Program-made: the position numbers and the translations under genes
Assembly (NCBI RefSeq): GCF_009914755.1
Contig: NC_060934.1
Length of the DNA: 64,000 nt
From: the human T2T-CHM13v2.0 reference genome, Homo sapiens
Strand: one strand, 5' to 3'
Shown here: positions 13,560 through 26,503 of the stretch, piece after piece
Layout: each line of letters starts with the position of its first letter
Position numbering within the stretch: the stretch's first letter is position 1
Notes under the pieces: model-generated
The model's input: the letters and a program-made list of their open reading frames with translations, nothing else
What the model was told of the DNA's origin: nothing
The model's database searches: none

Positions 13560-14040
13560 AATAGTAAATGTGGTACATGTACACTATAGAATACTATGCA
13601 GCCATAAGAAAGAATGAAATTATGTTCTTTGCAGTAACATGGATGCAGTTGGAGACCATTATCCTAAGGAAATTAATGTAGAAACCGAAAACCAAATACC
13701 ACGTTTTCACTTATATATGGAAGCTAAACATTGGGTACGTACCCTGTTTTACTCAACATTTTGGGAAGTAACTGCCTCTGACTTCAACTCAAGAAAACAC
13801 TTTTTTTGTTGCTAATGTAATCAGTTTGTGTAATGGCGTCAGCAAATAAAAGTATGCTTATTTAAAAAAAATAAGATTAGACATAAAGATGGGAACAGTT
13901 GACACTGGGGACTACAGGAGTGGGAAGGGAAGGAGAGAGAAAAGGTTGAAAAACTACCTGTTGGTTACTATGCTCACTATCTGAATGACGGCTTCAATCA
14001 TACCCCAAACCTCAGCATCACACAACCATGAAACAAACCT
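13560..14040 (+). mobile_element. L1 (L1PA15/16-L1PB-like) 3' end, interrupted at 13739-13879
   Basis: GAATACTATGCAGCCATAAGAAAGAATGAAAT and GCTAAACATTGGGTAC...ACATAAAGATGGGAAC are L1 3' motifs. Confidence 0.85.
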
Positions 14041-14041
14041 G

Positions 14042-14283
14042 CAGGAGGATCACTTGAGGCCAGGAGTTCAAGGCCAGCCTGGGCAACATAGAGAGACCCC
14101 CATCTCTTAAAAAAAAAAAAAAAAGTAAGAAATTGGCAGGGCATGGTAACACATGACTGTTATCCCAGCTACCCAGGAGGTTAAGGCAGGAGGATTGCTT
14201 GATCCTAGGAGTTCAAGGCTGCAGCGAGCTGTGATCATGCCACTGTACTTCAGCCCGGGTGACAGAGTGAGAATCCGTCTCTA
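14042..14283 (+). mobile_element. AluJ, 5'-truncated
   Basis: Alu sequence from GGAGGATCACTTGAGG to GAATCCGTCTC. Confidence 0.85.
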
Positions 14284-14289
14284 TTTTTT

Positions 14290-15890
14290 TTAAAGCTGAT
14301 ATTACAGGAACAATGTTCTCTGACAAACGTGAAATAAAATTAAAAATAAATGCAAATAGTTAAAAATTAGTTGTGAAAACAAAACCTTACTTCCAAACAA
14401 CTCAAGGTCCAACTAAGAAATCAAAAGATAGTGAAATCACTCCAGATAAACAACAGGTGCAGTGCAGCTAAAATGGAACTTAGAGGGAACTTGATAGGCT
14501 TTACATTTTAGAATACAATAAATAAAAAACAATAAATAAACCGAGCACTTAATTCATGAAGTTAAAAATAAGATAGAATGAACTCAGATAATATAGAAGA
14601 AAATAAACATGAGAGTAGAATTTAATTATTTAGAAAACAAAATAACAGAAAAAGAGATAATACCTCCAAAAGTTTTTTTTATTTTAGAATAATAATAAAC
14701 AGACCAATATAAAGATAGAGACAAAAAGAAGGAAAACATAAAGGATTAAAACAAGAAAAACAGCTATAGTAGAGACTTTAAAAGCCTTAGAAAGATAATT
14801 TGAATAGCCATATTCAATAAATTTGTAAAACCTAGATGAAATAGATTATTTTCTATGAAAATATAAGTCACCAATAAAGCTTAGAAAATCTGAGCAAATA
14901 AATAATCATTCAAAAATAATAATATTAAAATGTCTACCTTCTACTATAAAGATGTTATCTGTATATAGATTTATAGGCAGTCTTAACAAATGTTCAAGAA
15001 ACAACTAAACCCCATCTTACACAAACTGCTAAAAGGTTATTAAAAAAAAATTTCTTTTAAAAGGAAACATAGCCAGGCATGGTGGCTCACACTTGTAATC
15101 CCAGCACTTTGGTAGGCCAAGGCAGCCAGATCACTTGAGACCAGGAGTTTGAGACCAGCCTGGCCAACATGGTGAAATGCCATCTCTACTAAAAATACAA
15201 AAATTAGCCGGGCGTGGTGGTGGGTGTCTGTAATCCTGGCTACTCAGGAGGCTGAGGCAAGAGCATCACTTGAACCTGGGAGGTGGAGGTTCCAGTGAGC
15301 CAAGATCGTGCCACTGCACTCCCAGTCCAACCTGGGCAACACAGCAAGACTCTGTCTCAAAAAAAAGAAAAAAAAAAAGAGGAAACACGACCTATTAATT
15401 TTTTGAGACCATAGAAGAACAAGGAAAAAAAAATTATAGCCACATTTCACTTATGAACATGGATGTAAACACAGTAAATATATCAACAAGTTGAATCAAA
15501 CAACATATTAAAAAATAGACTGTGACAACTTTACATCAGAAATACAACAGTGGTTCAACAACTAAAATTATATCATTGTAACTCATATTCCATATTAAGG
15601 AATCAAATTTTAAAATGTGGCCATTTTAATGGTCAGTGGATAAGGAAAATCTGTTTGATGATATTTAAAATCTATTCATGATTCTTAAAAAACAACAAAC
15701 AAAAACTTCTTAGCAAAAGAGGAAAAGAAAGACACCTCTTAATGTCATGATTGACATCAATGCAAAACCCATAAACACATATTAATGGTTACATTTAGAA
15801 GCATTTTTATAAAAGTTAGGATGTTATATAGATGCATGGATATTTTCTATTACCATTACTACTCAAGATTACATTGGAGACCTTAGACAT
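14290..15890 (+). mobile_element. Very old L1M ORF2 remnant, interrupted by an Alu
   Basis: A-rich sense strand with degenerate ORF2 motifs (AACCTAGATGAAATAGATTATTTTC). Confidence 0.65.
15071..15380 (+). mobile_element. AluS
   Basis: Full Alu with poly-A and an approximate TSD around AGGAAACA. Confidence 0.95.
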
Positions 15891-15904
15891 GTTCAGATTG
15901 GCTT

Positions 15905-16187
15905 CTTATTTTAGTTTATTTTATTTTTTTGGCTGGAGCGCGGTGGCGTGATCTCGGCTCACTGCAACCTCCGCCTCCTGAGTTAAAGCAATTTTCCTGC
16001 CTCAGCCTCCCTAGTAGCTGAGACTACAGGCGTGTGCCGCCATGCGCGGCCAATTTTTTGTATTTTAGTAGAGATGGGGTTTCACCATGTTCCCCAGGTT
16101 GGTCTCGAACTCCTGAATTCAGGCAATCCACCCACCTCAGCCTCTCAAAGTGCTAGGTTTACAGGCGTGAGGCACCTCGCCCAGCCC
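15905..16187 (-). mobile_element. AluS
   Basis: Antisense Alu with TSD AGATTGGCTTCTT on both sides. Confidence 0.95.
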
Positions 16188-16189
16188 AG

Positions 16190-17545
16190 ATTGGCTTCTT
16201 TTATCAAGCAATATGTACTTAAGTTTGTTCCAGGTCTTGTGGCTTGATAGCTCATTTCCTTTAATGGCTAAATACTAAATAATATTTCACCGCATGGATA
16301 GATATACTACAATTTGTTTATCCATTCACCTTTTGGAAGGACTTCTTGGTGCTTCCAGTCTTTGGCAATTATGAACAAAGCTGTAATAAACATTCCTAGC
16401 AGATTTTATGTGAACGTAAATTTTCAACTCATTTGGGCAAATACCTACGAGTGCAATTCCTGAGCTCTATGGTAAGACTATATTTAACTTTGTAAGAAAC
16501 TGCCAAACAGTATTCTAAAGTGGCTATACCACTGTGCATTTCCACCAGTAATAAATAAGAGTTTGCATTGCTCCACATTCTCCCCAGTATTTGGTATTGT
16601 CAGTTTTTGGATTTGAGCCATTCTAATAGGCGTGTGGTGGTATCTTGTTTTAATTCGCATTTCCCTAATGACATAAGGTGTTATTATGTCATTAGGTATA
16701 TGGTGTATGGTGTATGTGGTCTCATATGTTTATTTGCCATCTGTGTATTTCCTCTGAGGAGGTGTTTTTCAGATCTTTAGCTTATTTTTTAAATCGAGTT
16801 CTTAGTTTTCTTATTATTGAGTTTCAAGACTTCTTTGTATATTTGAATACAAGTTCTTTGTTAGATATGTATTCTGCAAATATTTTTCTCCCAGTCTGTG
16901 GCTTGTCTTTTAATGTTCTTAACAGTGTATTTCACAGAGCAAAAGTTTTAACTTTAAGTGAAGTCCAGATTACCAATTTTTTCTTTCGTGAATTGTGCTT
17001 TTGGTGTAGTATCTAAAAAGTTATCACCAAACACAAGGTCACCTAGATTTTCTCTTATGTTATCTTCTAGAAGTTTTAGTTTTGCACTTTACATTTAGGT
17101 ATATAATCTGTTTTGAATTATGAGTTGTGAAATGTGTGAAGTCAGTGTCTATATATATTGTTTTAACATGTGGATGGCCAGTTGTTCCAGGAGCAATTGT
17201 TGAGAAGACTAGCCTTTCTCCGTTGAATCTCCTTTGCTCCTTTGTCAAAGATCAGGTGAGTATATTTCTATAATCTATTTCTGGGCTCCCTATTATGTTC
17301 CATTGATCAATTTGTCTATTCTTTTACCAATACTACACTTTCTTGATTACTATACGTTTATGCTAAGCCTTGAAGTCAAGTAGTGTTAATTCTTCCAGTT
17401 TTTTCTGCCTTATCAGTATTGTGTTGGCTATTTTGGGTCTCTTGGCTGTCCATATAAATTTGAATTTGTTGATATCCACAAAATAGCTTGCTGGGCTTTT
17501 TATTTGAATTACATTGAATATATAAAGTTGGGAAAACCAAACATC
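16190..17545 (-). mobile_element. Old L1M (L1MC-like) ORF2 3' region
   Basis: Continuous antisense L1 motifs. The same element appears to resume at ~20615-21210. Confidence 0.8.
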
Positions 17546-18595
17546 TTCTGTAAATAGCTAGCCAGTTATCCCAGCACCATTTATTGAATAGAGAGTTCTT
17601 TCCCCATTGCTTATTTTTGTCAACTTTGTCAAAGATCAGATGATTGTGGGGGTGCAGCATTATTTCTGGGTTCTCTGTTCTGTTCCATTGGCCTATGTGT
17701 CTGTTTTTGTACCAGTACCATGCTGTTTTGGTTGCTGTAGCCTTGTAGTATTGTTTGAAGTTGGGTAGCATGATGCCTCCAGCTTTGTTTGTTTGTTTGT
17801 TTGTTTTTTGTTTTCTGTTTTTTTTTTTTGTTTTTTTTTGTTTTTGCCTAGGATTGCTTTGGCTATTTGGGCTCATTTTTGGTTCCATATGGATTTTAAA
17901 ATAGTTTGTGCTAATTCTGTGAAGAATGTCATTGGTAGATTGACAAGGATAGCATTGAATCTGTAAATTGCTTTGGGCAGTATGGCCATTTTAACAATAT
18001 ATTGATTCTTCTTATCCATGAGCATGGAATGTTTTTCCATTTGTTTGTGTCATTTCTGATTTATTTGAGCAGCATTTTGAAATTCTCCTTGTAGAGATCT
18101 TTCACCTCTCAGCTGTATTCCTAGGTATTTTATTCTTTTTTGTTGCTATTGTGAATGGGATTACATTACTGATTTGGTTCTTAGCTTGAATATTTTTGGT
18201 GTATAAGAATGCTACTGATTATTGTACATTGATTTTGTATCCTGAAACTTTGAAGTTGTTTATTAGCTTACGGAGCTTTTGGGCAGAGACTATGGGATTT
18301 TTTAGGTATAGAATCATGTTGTCTGCAAACAGGAATAGTTTGATTTCCTCTTTTCCTAGCTGGATGCCTTTTATTTCTTTATCTTGCATGATTACTCTGG
18401 CCAGGACTTCCAGTACTATGTTGAATAGGAGTGGTGAGAGAGGGCATCCTTGTCTTGTTCTGGTTTGCAAGGGGAATGCTTCCAGCTTTTGCCCATTCAG
18501 TGTGATGTTGGCTGTGGGTTTGTAATAGATGGCTCTTATTCTTTTGAAGTATGTTCCTTCAATGCCTAGTTTGTTGAGGGTTTTTAACATGAAAA

Positions 18596-19226
18596 TGTTA
18601 GCAGAAAGGGGTCCTGATCCAGACTCCAAGAGATGGTTCTTGGATTTCATGCAAGAAAGAATTCCGGGCAAGTCCATAGAGTAAAGTGAAACAAGTTTAT
18701 TAAGAAAGTAAAGAAACAAAGAATGGCTACTCCACAGGCAGAGCAGTGCTTGAGCTGCTCAACTAAGGATACTTATTGTTACTTCTTGATTATATGCTAA
18801 ACAAGGGGTGGATTATTTATGAGTTTTCTGGGAAAGGGGTGGGCAATTCCAGGAACTGAGGATTCCTTTCCTTTTTAGACAATCTAGAGTAACTTCCTGA
18901 TGTTGCCATTGCATTTGTAAACTGTCATTGCACTAGTGGGAGTGTCTTTTAGCACGCTAATGCATTATAATTAGCATATAATGAGCGGTGAGGACTTCCA
19001 GAGGTCACTCTCATCACTATCTTTGTTTTGGTGGGTTTTAGCTAGCTTCTTTACTGCAACTGTTTTATCAGCAAGGACTTAATGACCTTTATGTTGTGTC
19101 GACCTCCTATCTCTTCCTGTGACTTAGAATGCCTAACCTCCTGGGAATGCAACCCAGTAGGTTTCAGCCTTATTTTACCCAGCCCCTATTCAAGATGGAG
19201 TCAATCTGGTTTGAATGCCTCTGACA
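18596..19226 (-). mobile_element. MER41B-like ERV1 solo LTR
   Basis: Read on -, starts TGTCAGAGGCATTCAAACCAGATTGACTCCATCTTGAATAGGGGCTGGGTAAAAT, as in MER41B. 631 bp with TG...CA ends, inserted in L1. Confidence 0.85.
18826..18855. promoter_or_regulatory. Tandem GAS (STAT) motifs in the MER41B-like LTR
   Basis: TTCTGGGAA (18826-18834) and TTCCAGGAA (18847-18855), both TTCNNNGAA. Confidence 0.6.
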
Positions 19227-19378
19227 AAGGGATGTTGAATTTTATCAAAAGCCTATTCTGCATCTATTGAGATAATCATGTGGATTTTGCTTTTAGTTCT
19301 ATTTATTTGATGAATCATATTTATTGATTTGCATGTGTTGTACCAATCTTGGATCACAGTGATAAAGCTGGTGGATTA

Positions 19379-19495
<117 letters not shown>

Positions 19496-20298
19496 TTAGT
19501 ATCAGGATGATGCTGGCATCATAGAATGAGTTAGGGAGGAGTTCCTCTTCAATTTTTGGGAATAGTTTCAATAGGAATGGTACCAGATCTTCTTTATACA
19601 TCTGCTAGAATCCAGCTATGAATCCATCTGGTCCTAGACATTTTTTTTGGTTGGCAGGCTTTTTATACTGATTCAATTTTGGAACTCATTATTGGTCTGT
19701 TCAGGGATTCAGTTTCTTCCTAGTTCTGCCTTGGGAGGTTGTATGCATCCACTAATTTATCAGTTTCTTCTAGGTTTTCTAGTTTGTGTGCATAGAGTTG
19801 TTCGTCGGCATCTCTGAAGGTTTTTGTATTTCTGTGGGGTCAGTGGTAATGTCCCCTTCATCATTTCCGATTGTGTTTATTTGGATCTTCTCTCTTTTCT
19901 CTTTATTAGTCTAGATAGCAGTCTAACTATCTTATTATTTTTTTCAAAAAGCCAACTCCTGAATTTGTTGATCTTTTGTATGGTTTTTCGCATCTCAGTT
20001 TCCTTCAGTTCAGCTCTGATTTTGGTTGTTTCTTGTCTTCTGCTAGCTTTGGGGTTTGTTTGCTCTTGTTTCTCTAGTTCTTCTAATTTTGATGTTAGGT
20101 AGTTAATTTGAGCTCTTTCTAACTTTTTGATGTGGGTGGTTAGTGCTATAAACTTCCCTCTTAACACTGCCTTAGCTGTGTCTCAGAGATTCTTGTATGT
20201 TGTATCTTTGTTCTTATTTGTTTCAAAGAATTTCTTTATTTCTGCTTTAATTTCATTACTTGTCCCAAAGTCATTCAGGAGCAGATTGTTTAATTTCT

Positions 20299-20513
20299 TC
20301 TCTTTTTCTTTCTTTCCTTTTTTTTTTTCTTTTTTTAGCAAGAGGTTTCAGTTTTTACTTGTTTAAAGAGTGTAGGTGGTAGTTTTAACAAAAGACTTTT
20401 GGTAAAAGCAGCTAGCAATAAGATCATGGCTATCAAAGCAGTTTCTTTCAGAGAAAATGGCCATTCCTTTAAGTGTGACATGTTTTTGGAAGTTTCTTAG
20501 AACAGTCTTAAGG
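20299..20513 (-). pseudogene. Short processed retro-insert (mRNA 3' end, source unidentified)
   Basis: Poly-T 20299-20336, AGTAAA on - at 20354-20359, 13-bp TSD TTGTTTAATTTCT at 20286-20298 and 20514-20526. Confidence 0.75.
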
Positions 20514-21599
20514 TTGTTTAATTTCTATGTAACTGTGTGGTTTTGAGTGATTATTTCAGTATTGATTTCTATTTTTATTGTGCTGTGGTCCAAGAGTGTG
20601 GTTGGTATAAGTTAGTATTGTGTTATTAATTTCACATTTCAATTGTTCACTGCTGGTATATAGGAAAGCAATTGACTTTTGTAAATTAACATTGTATCCT
20701 GTAACCTTGCTCTAATCACTTATTAGTTCTAGCATTTTTTGGTCAATTATTTGAGATTTTATACATAGATAAATACGTTATCTGTAAGCAAAGAAAACTT
20801 CATTAGTTCCTTCTCAATCTGTATATTTTTTTCTTTTCTTTCTTTGACCTACTGAATTACCTAGGATTTTCAATATAATATTGAACAGAAGTGGTGAGAG
20901 GGAACAATTTTGCTTCATTCCTAATTTTAGTGAAAAGCATCTACTTTACCATCATTAAGTATGATGTCAGCTATGGTATTTGTAGATGTTCTTTATCAAG
21001 TTGAGAAGTTCCCTTCTATCCTAGTTTGCTGAGAGTTTTTATCATGAATAGGTATTGGATTTTGTCAGATGTTTTTTCTGCATCTATTGATAGGACTATA
21101 TAATTTTTCTTTTTTAGCCTGTTGATTTGATGGATATAACAGTAATTGATTTTCAAATACTGAATCAGCCTTGCATAGTTTGTATAAATCCCACTTGGTC
21201 ACGGTACCTTTTAATCAATTATAGCGATTTTTAGTGGTTATTTCTTCAAATACTGCCTCTCCAGCATTTTTTTTTCCTACTAGAACTCTGATTAGACACG
21301 TGTTGAAATTCCCAGTCTTTCTTCTATGTATTTTACATCCTTTTCATTATTCTCATCCCTTCGACTTTCAATGCTGCACTCAGGAAATGTTTCCAGATCT
21401 ATCTTTCACTTACTTTTTCATGTGTTTTTAATACTTAGTTTAGTCCAGTTCCTGAGTTTTAATTTTCAATTACTATGTTTTTGTTTTTTGGAAATTCTAC
21501 CTGGTACTTTGTTAACTTCTCTGGCCAGTTTTGATAGACTCTTGGAATTTTACCTGAGGGAAATTTGCAATTTTTAACATAGATGATTAGACAAGATAG

Positions 21600-23640
21600 A
21601 TTCAAACAAAAAGCACTAGTGCCACTGGGCTGAGGAGACAAACAAATAGAAATTGAGAGACAAAATATCAGAGCAGAGAAAATCAAGGCAAGTATATCCA
21701 AAACTTGCATGTCATCTTCCCTCAAGACATTTGCCAGTTGCTAAGCTTTACATGCACAAGATGAAAGTTCAAGAAATCCAGATAAAGAAGCATCTTTGAG
21801 GCTAAAGAGCTGAACAGGGATTTCAGTAGCTTTGGGGTGGTAGGGACACAGAGGTTCAAGTTAAAAAGATTGGCAAAGGTGGAAAAACTATATAAATACC
21901 ACAGACTTTTAGAAGATACCACAGAAAGCCATATCCTAGGAGTAAGGGCAAAAAACAAACAAAACAAAAAACTGAATCATCTTTTACAAAGCCTAAAACC
22001 AGGCCTATATAGAATTAAGATAATCTGTCCCATCTGTCAGAAGAAAACTGACTTAGGAAGGAGAAAACATTATTTAAACCTTTTACAGTTTTAATACACA
22101 AGGTCTGGCATTCAGTAAAAATTATGAGGCATGCTATAAGAAGGACCACATAACGAAAAAACAAATTTAAAACAGATGGTAGAAATATCCTCACAGTGAT
22201 TCAGATATTGAAGTTAGCAGACAGAGACTTTAAAATAATAATGATCCATGTTTAATTGCTGATCAAAAAGAAAAAAGAGAAAAAATGTTTCTAAAAACAA
22301 TGATTAAGATAGTCAGTAGAACAAAGGGAAAGACGGAATTTCAGCTGACACTTGGAATCTACTTAAAAGGTCAAATGGAAGTTTTAGAATTGAAAATAAC
22401 CTATAACTAAAATTAAGAAATAAGTTGATGTGTTTAATAGCAGATTTGACATATCAAAACAGGATATTTTTTCTGGAAGACATATGACCAGAAATTATCA
22501 AGATTAAAGCACAGAGAAAAAAGGATGGAAAATACATAACAAAGTTAAGAATATATAGAACATGGTGACATCTTCTGACTTGTGTATAAATCACAGAATA
22601 GGAGGAGAGAGAATAGAATAGTAGCAGTATTTCAGAATATGTTGGCTGAGAACATTTTTGAAATATATCAAACCACAGATTTGAAAATCTCTCTAAGAAC
22701 CATAGGTAAGATAAATACAATCACACTTGGGATCGGCATAGTCAAAGACAAGCAAATTATAAAAGCAACCTGAGAAAAATGAGATGTTTCTTTCAAATGG
22801 GCAGTTGAGTGAGGGAAGCCAGATAAATGACTTTTCAATAGGATCAACGGAAGTCAGAAAACAATAGAGCAATGTCTTTAAGTTGTTGGAACAAACTATC
22901 CATAAAGCTAGAATTCTACAACTGGCAAAAATTTCTTCACAATTAAAAAAATTAAAAAGCAAAATAACGATATTTTCAGGCAAAGAAGTTGAAAGAATAT
23001 ATTGCCAGCAGATTTTCACTAAGGGAAATATTAAAGGGAGTTGTTCAAAGAGAAAAGAAATGGTCCCAGGTGGAAGTACAGAATAGAAAAAGAAATAAAG
23101 AGTGCTGTGAAGAGTAAATATGTAGGTATATTAGAGTGAATATTGACTTTATCAAATGACAAAAATAATGCCTTGGGCTTAAAATATTTATAAAATGAAA
23201 TCTATGACAACAGTAGTACAAACTGGGGGGGTAAATGGATTTAAAATTTGTAAAGCTCTTTCATTGTTTGTGAAGAGATAAAATTACTAATTTCATAGGG
23301 GCTCTAACAAGTCAAGAATATATAATGTAAATACTAGGACTGCATAATAAACTAATAAGGGGAAATAAAATAAAAATACTTGAGTCATCCAAAAGAAGAA
23401 AATAATTAGTAAATTAACTAGTAAACTTTAAGATATGTCAGAGAAAAACATCAGAAGAATAAGATACCAAGAGAAAAAAGAAAATATTTAGAAAAGTTTA
23501 AGAGGCTAGGGAATAAAATGAGAAGGCATTGCATATTGTATAACATGTTTGTATTGGAGTCCCAGAAAAGGAGGAGCAAGAGAATGGTACAGAAATAATG
23601 TTTGAAGACATAATGGCTGAGATTTTCCCAAAACTGAAAA
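21600..23640 (+). mobile_element. Old L1M 5'/ORF1 remnants
   Basis: A-rich, with L1M ORF1-like motifs (GATATTGAAGTTAGCAGACAGAGACTTTAAAA; GAAGACATAATGGCTGAGATTTTCCCAAAAC). Confidence 0.65.
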
Positions 23641-24053
23641 GTGATCTCCAGGCTCAGAGATTTCCACAGTGATTTTTGCCTCCTGGTATTCTCTCCTCCT
23701 ATATAGTTTTCTCCCACATTGCAGAGGGCTAATCTGTATAACCAATAAAAGAGTGCAGAAAGGATGGAGTGTGCTTTCCAAGGCCAGGCATAAAGGATAT
23801 TTCACTCTCCATCTTGCTCTCTCAGATCACTTTCTCAGAGAAGCTAACTTTCATGTCATGAAGACATTCAGGTAGCCCAGTGGAGAGATCCATGTGGCAG
23901 GAATTGAGGCCTATTGCCAAAAAACAGTACTAACTTGGCAGCCAATTGAGTAAGCTATGTTGGAAGCAGATCTTCCAGGCCCAGTCAAACTTTCAGATAA
24001 CTGCATTCTTAGCTGTCTTCTGGTATTCAACCTTAAGAGAGACCCTGAGTCAC

Positions 24054-24157
24054 GCTCGCTTTGGCAGCACATATCCTAAAACTTGGAACGATACAGAGAT
24101 TAGCATGGCCCCTGTGCAAGGATGACACGCAAATTCGTGAAGCGTTCCATATTTTTT
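24054..24157 (+). pseudogene. U6 snRNA retropseudogene (near full length), 5' part of a chimera
   Basis: GCTCGCTTTGGCAGCACATAT...GATGACACGCAAATTCGTGAAGCGTTCCATATTTTTT matches U6 from nt 3 to the end, with substitutions and a 3-nt deletion after ACAGAGA. Confidence 0.97.
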
Positions 24158-24418
24158 GTATGTGCTATTCAGTTGTGAACTGGTGGGCCGTATGTAACAG
24201 CTGACCAACATGTGAAGATATTGGTACTTGATAGCCTCTTAAGGAAAATTTGCTTCCAAATTTTAAGCTGGAAAGTCACTGGAATAACTTTTAAAAAGAA
24301 TTACAATACATGCATGGCTTTTTAAAATTTCATTACATATGTTAAGAATTGTGTACAAATTGAAATGTCTGTACTGATTCTCAACCAATAAAATCTCAAT
24401 TATGAAAATAAAAAAAAA
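24158..24418 (+). pseudogene. mRNA 3'UTR fragment fused 3' of U6
   Basis: Non-repeat sequence with AATAAA at 24387-24392 and poly-A. The whole U6+UTR insert is flanked by a 19-bp TSD AAGAGAGACCCTGAGTCAC (24035-24053, 24419-24437). Confidence 0.85.
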
Positions 24419-26376
24419 AAGAGAGACCCTGAGTCACAGCCATAATCATTAAGCCACTCCCAGGTTTTTCACCCTAAAAAAACTGTAGGAGATAGTAACT
24501 GTTGATTGTCTTATGCCACTAAGTCCGGGCTAATTTGCATGCAGTGACAAATAACAAATACAGATTTTTGAGGCCTGGAGTTGGAGTGCTGCTGTAACAG
24601 AAACCTAAAATGTAATGGCTTTGGAACTAGGCAATATATGGAACATAAAATGGTGAAAACCTTGAAGAGCCTTTAGGTGTTTGTTACTAGAAACCTGATG
24701 GCATTTTAGGAAACTGCAGGTGAGGACTTAAAATGAAAGGGAGGTAAATTTTGCTGAATATTGGAGGAAAGGAAATCTTCCTTATGTAAAAACAAAGTTT
24801 AGCAAAACTAGTACCTGCAGTAACATGGAAAGTAGCAAACATACCAGATGAGCTACGTGATCTAGCTAAAAAGAATTTTCAGGCAAAGTATTGTGTGCCT
24901 CCTTGATTCTTCATTTTGCTTATAGTAAAATGTGAAAGGCGAGAATAAGCAAAAAATAGAACTGTTTTTAAAAAGTTGAGTGAGAGAAGCCAGAAATCAC
25001 TGGATTTGAACATTCTCAGCCTCTCCAAATGACACAGAATGCTGAAATTAACAAATGGCTTCCAGACAAAAGTCAAATTTAAGGCACTTTGAGAAAAACC
25101 TGGTCTAACAGATGAAGCTGAGAGTGTGCCTGTAAAATCCTTTTAAAGATCTCAGAAGGATCCAAGGTGATACTTTAGATACTTTTAATCAGAGAATAAA
25201 GGTTATGTGACTCTTAGGTGTGCTGTCCCCAGCAGCATCAGTGGAAGCCCAGTGTAGAAAAGGGATCACTTCAATGAGATTTGTGGGTGTGGCTTTTGCT
25301 TAGTAGAGTAAATCCAAGAACTTTCACAGAATACCCACAAAGTTTTAAAGATACTTATATTGGTGGAAACACCACTAGCTTGGACTTAATGGGTCAGAAA
25401 TAGCAAAAAGGAAAATAAGTCCTTGGATTTGGAAACATTTATAGGCATGAAATAGGCCAAGAAAATCATGCAACCAAAACCAATGATAGTGTTTCATGAA
25501 AAAGGAAGAATAACTCAAAGAAAAGAATCAAGAGCCCAGATGGTAGAGCCAAGAGATATGGAGAATTGTTCCTGTGCAGGATTAGCAGTGAATTCCGATC
25601 AAGGACTTTAAAAATTTGTCCAGGTGAATTTCAGATTTGCTGTGGACTTCCCCCATCCTTTTAAACAGGAGCATCTATAGCAGTTATCCTTTGCCTGTGC
25701 CACCATACTGTTTGACATGGGAGACACTAATAACTTGTCACTTTAGTTCATATGACTTCAGATTGAAAGGAACCATACTTGAGCTTTTATGAAAGAACTA
25801 CACCCAAGAAGACTTACCCATATCTGGACCCAATATAAAGTTTTGTACTTTGAGCTCGTGCTGTAATGGATTAAAACTTTTGAGGGTGACTATTTTTTCA
25901 TATGAGAGGGACATGAATAATTGGGTTAGAGAAGGTGGAATGTGGTAGCTACCCACCAAGATGACCTCCAGTGATTTTTGTTTCTTGGTATTAAACTCTT
26001 GGGTAGTCCCCTCTCATTCCGAATACAGCTGGCCTCTGTAACTCATACTTCTGAGACAATATAATAAAGGACAATGTGGCTTCCATCTTGTGTTCTTTTA
26101 GATCACTTGCTTTGGTAGAAATCAACTGCCATGCTAGGAGTATACTCAACCAGCCCAACGGAGAAGTCCATGTGACATTGCATTGAGACCACCTGCTAAT
26201 AGTCAGCACTGAATCAGACACCCTAGAAGTGGATCTTCAACCTTAGTCAAGCCTTTAAATGACTGCAGTCTTAGCAAGCATCTTGACTGCTATCTCATGT
26301 GAGACTCTGTGTCAGAAACACCTAGCTAAGCTGCTTCTAGGTCCCTCCAACATAAATGCTATGAGATAATAAATGT

Positions 26377-26503
26377 ATTTTTATTTTTTTAAGAGACGGA
26401 GTATATGTTGCCCAGGCTGGCCTTGAACTCCTAGGCTCAGCGATCTTCCTGCCCCAGCCTTCTGAGCAGCTGGGACTACAGGCATACATCACAGTGCCCA
26501 GCT
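26377..26503 (-). mobile_element. Alu monomer (FLAM-like) in the 3' MLT1 LTR
   Basis: Single Alu arm with TSD GATAATAAATGT. Confidence 0.85.

Noticed and set aside
24054-24157. Functional U6 snRNA gene
   Set aside because: Lacks the first 2 nt, has substitutions and a 3-nt deletion next to ACAGAGA, has no PSE/TATA upstream (the flank is LTR), and has a TSD and poly-A.
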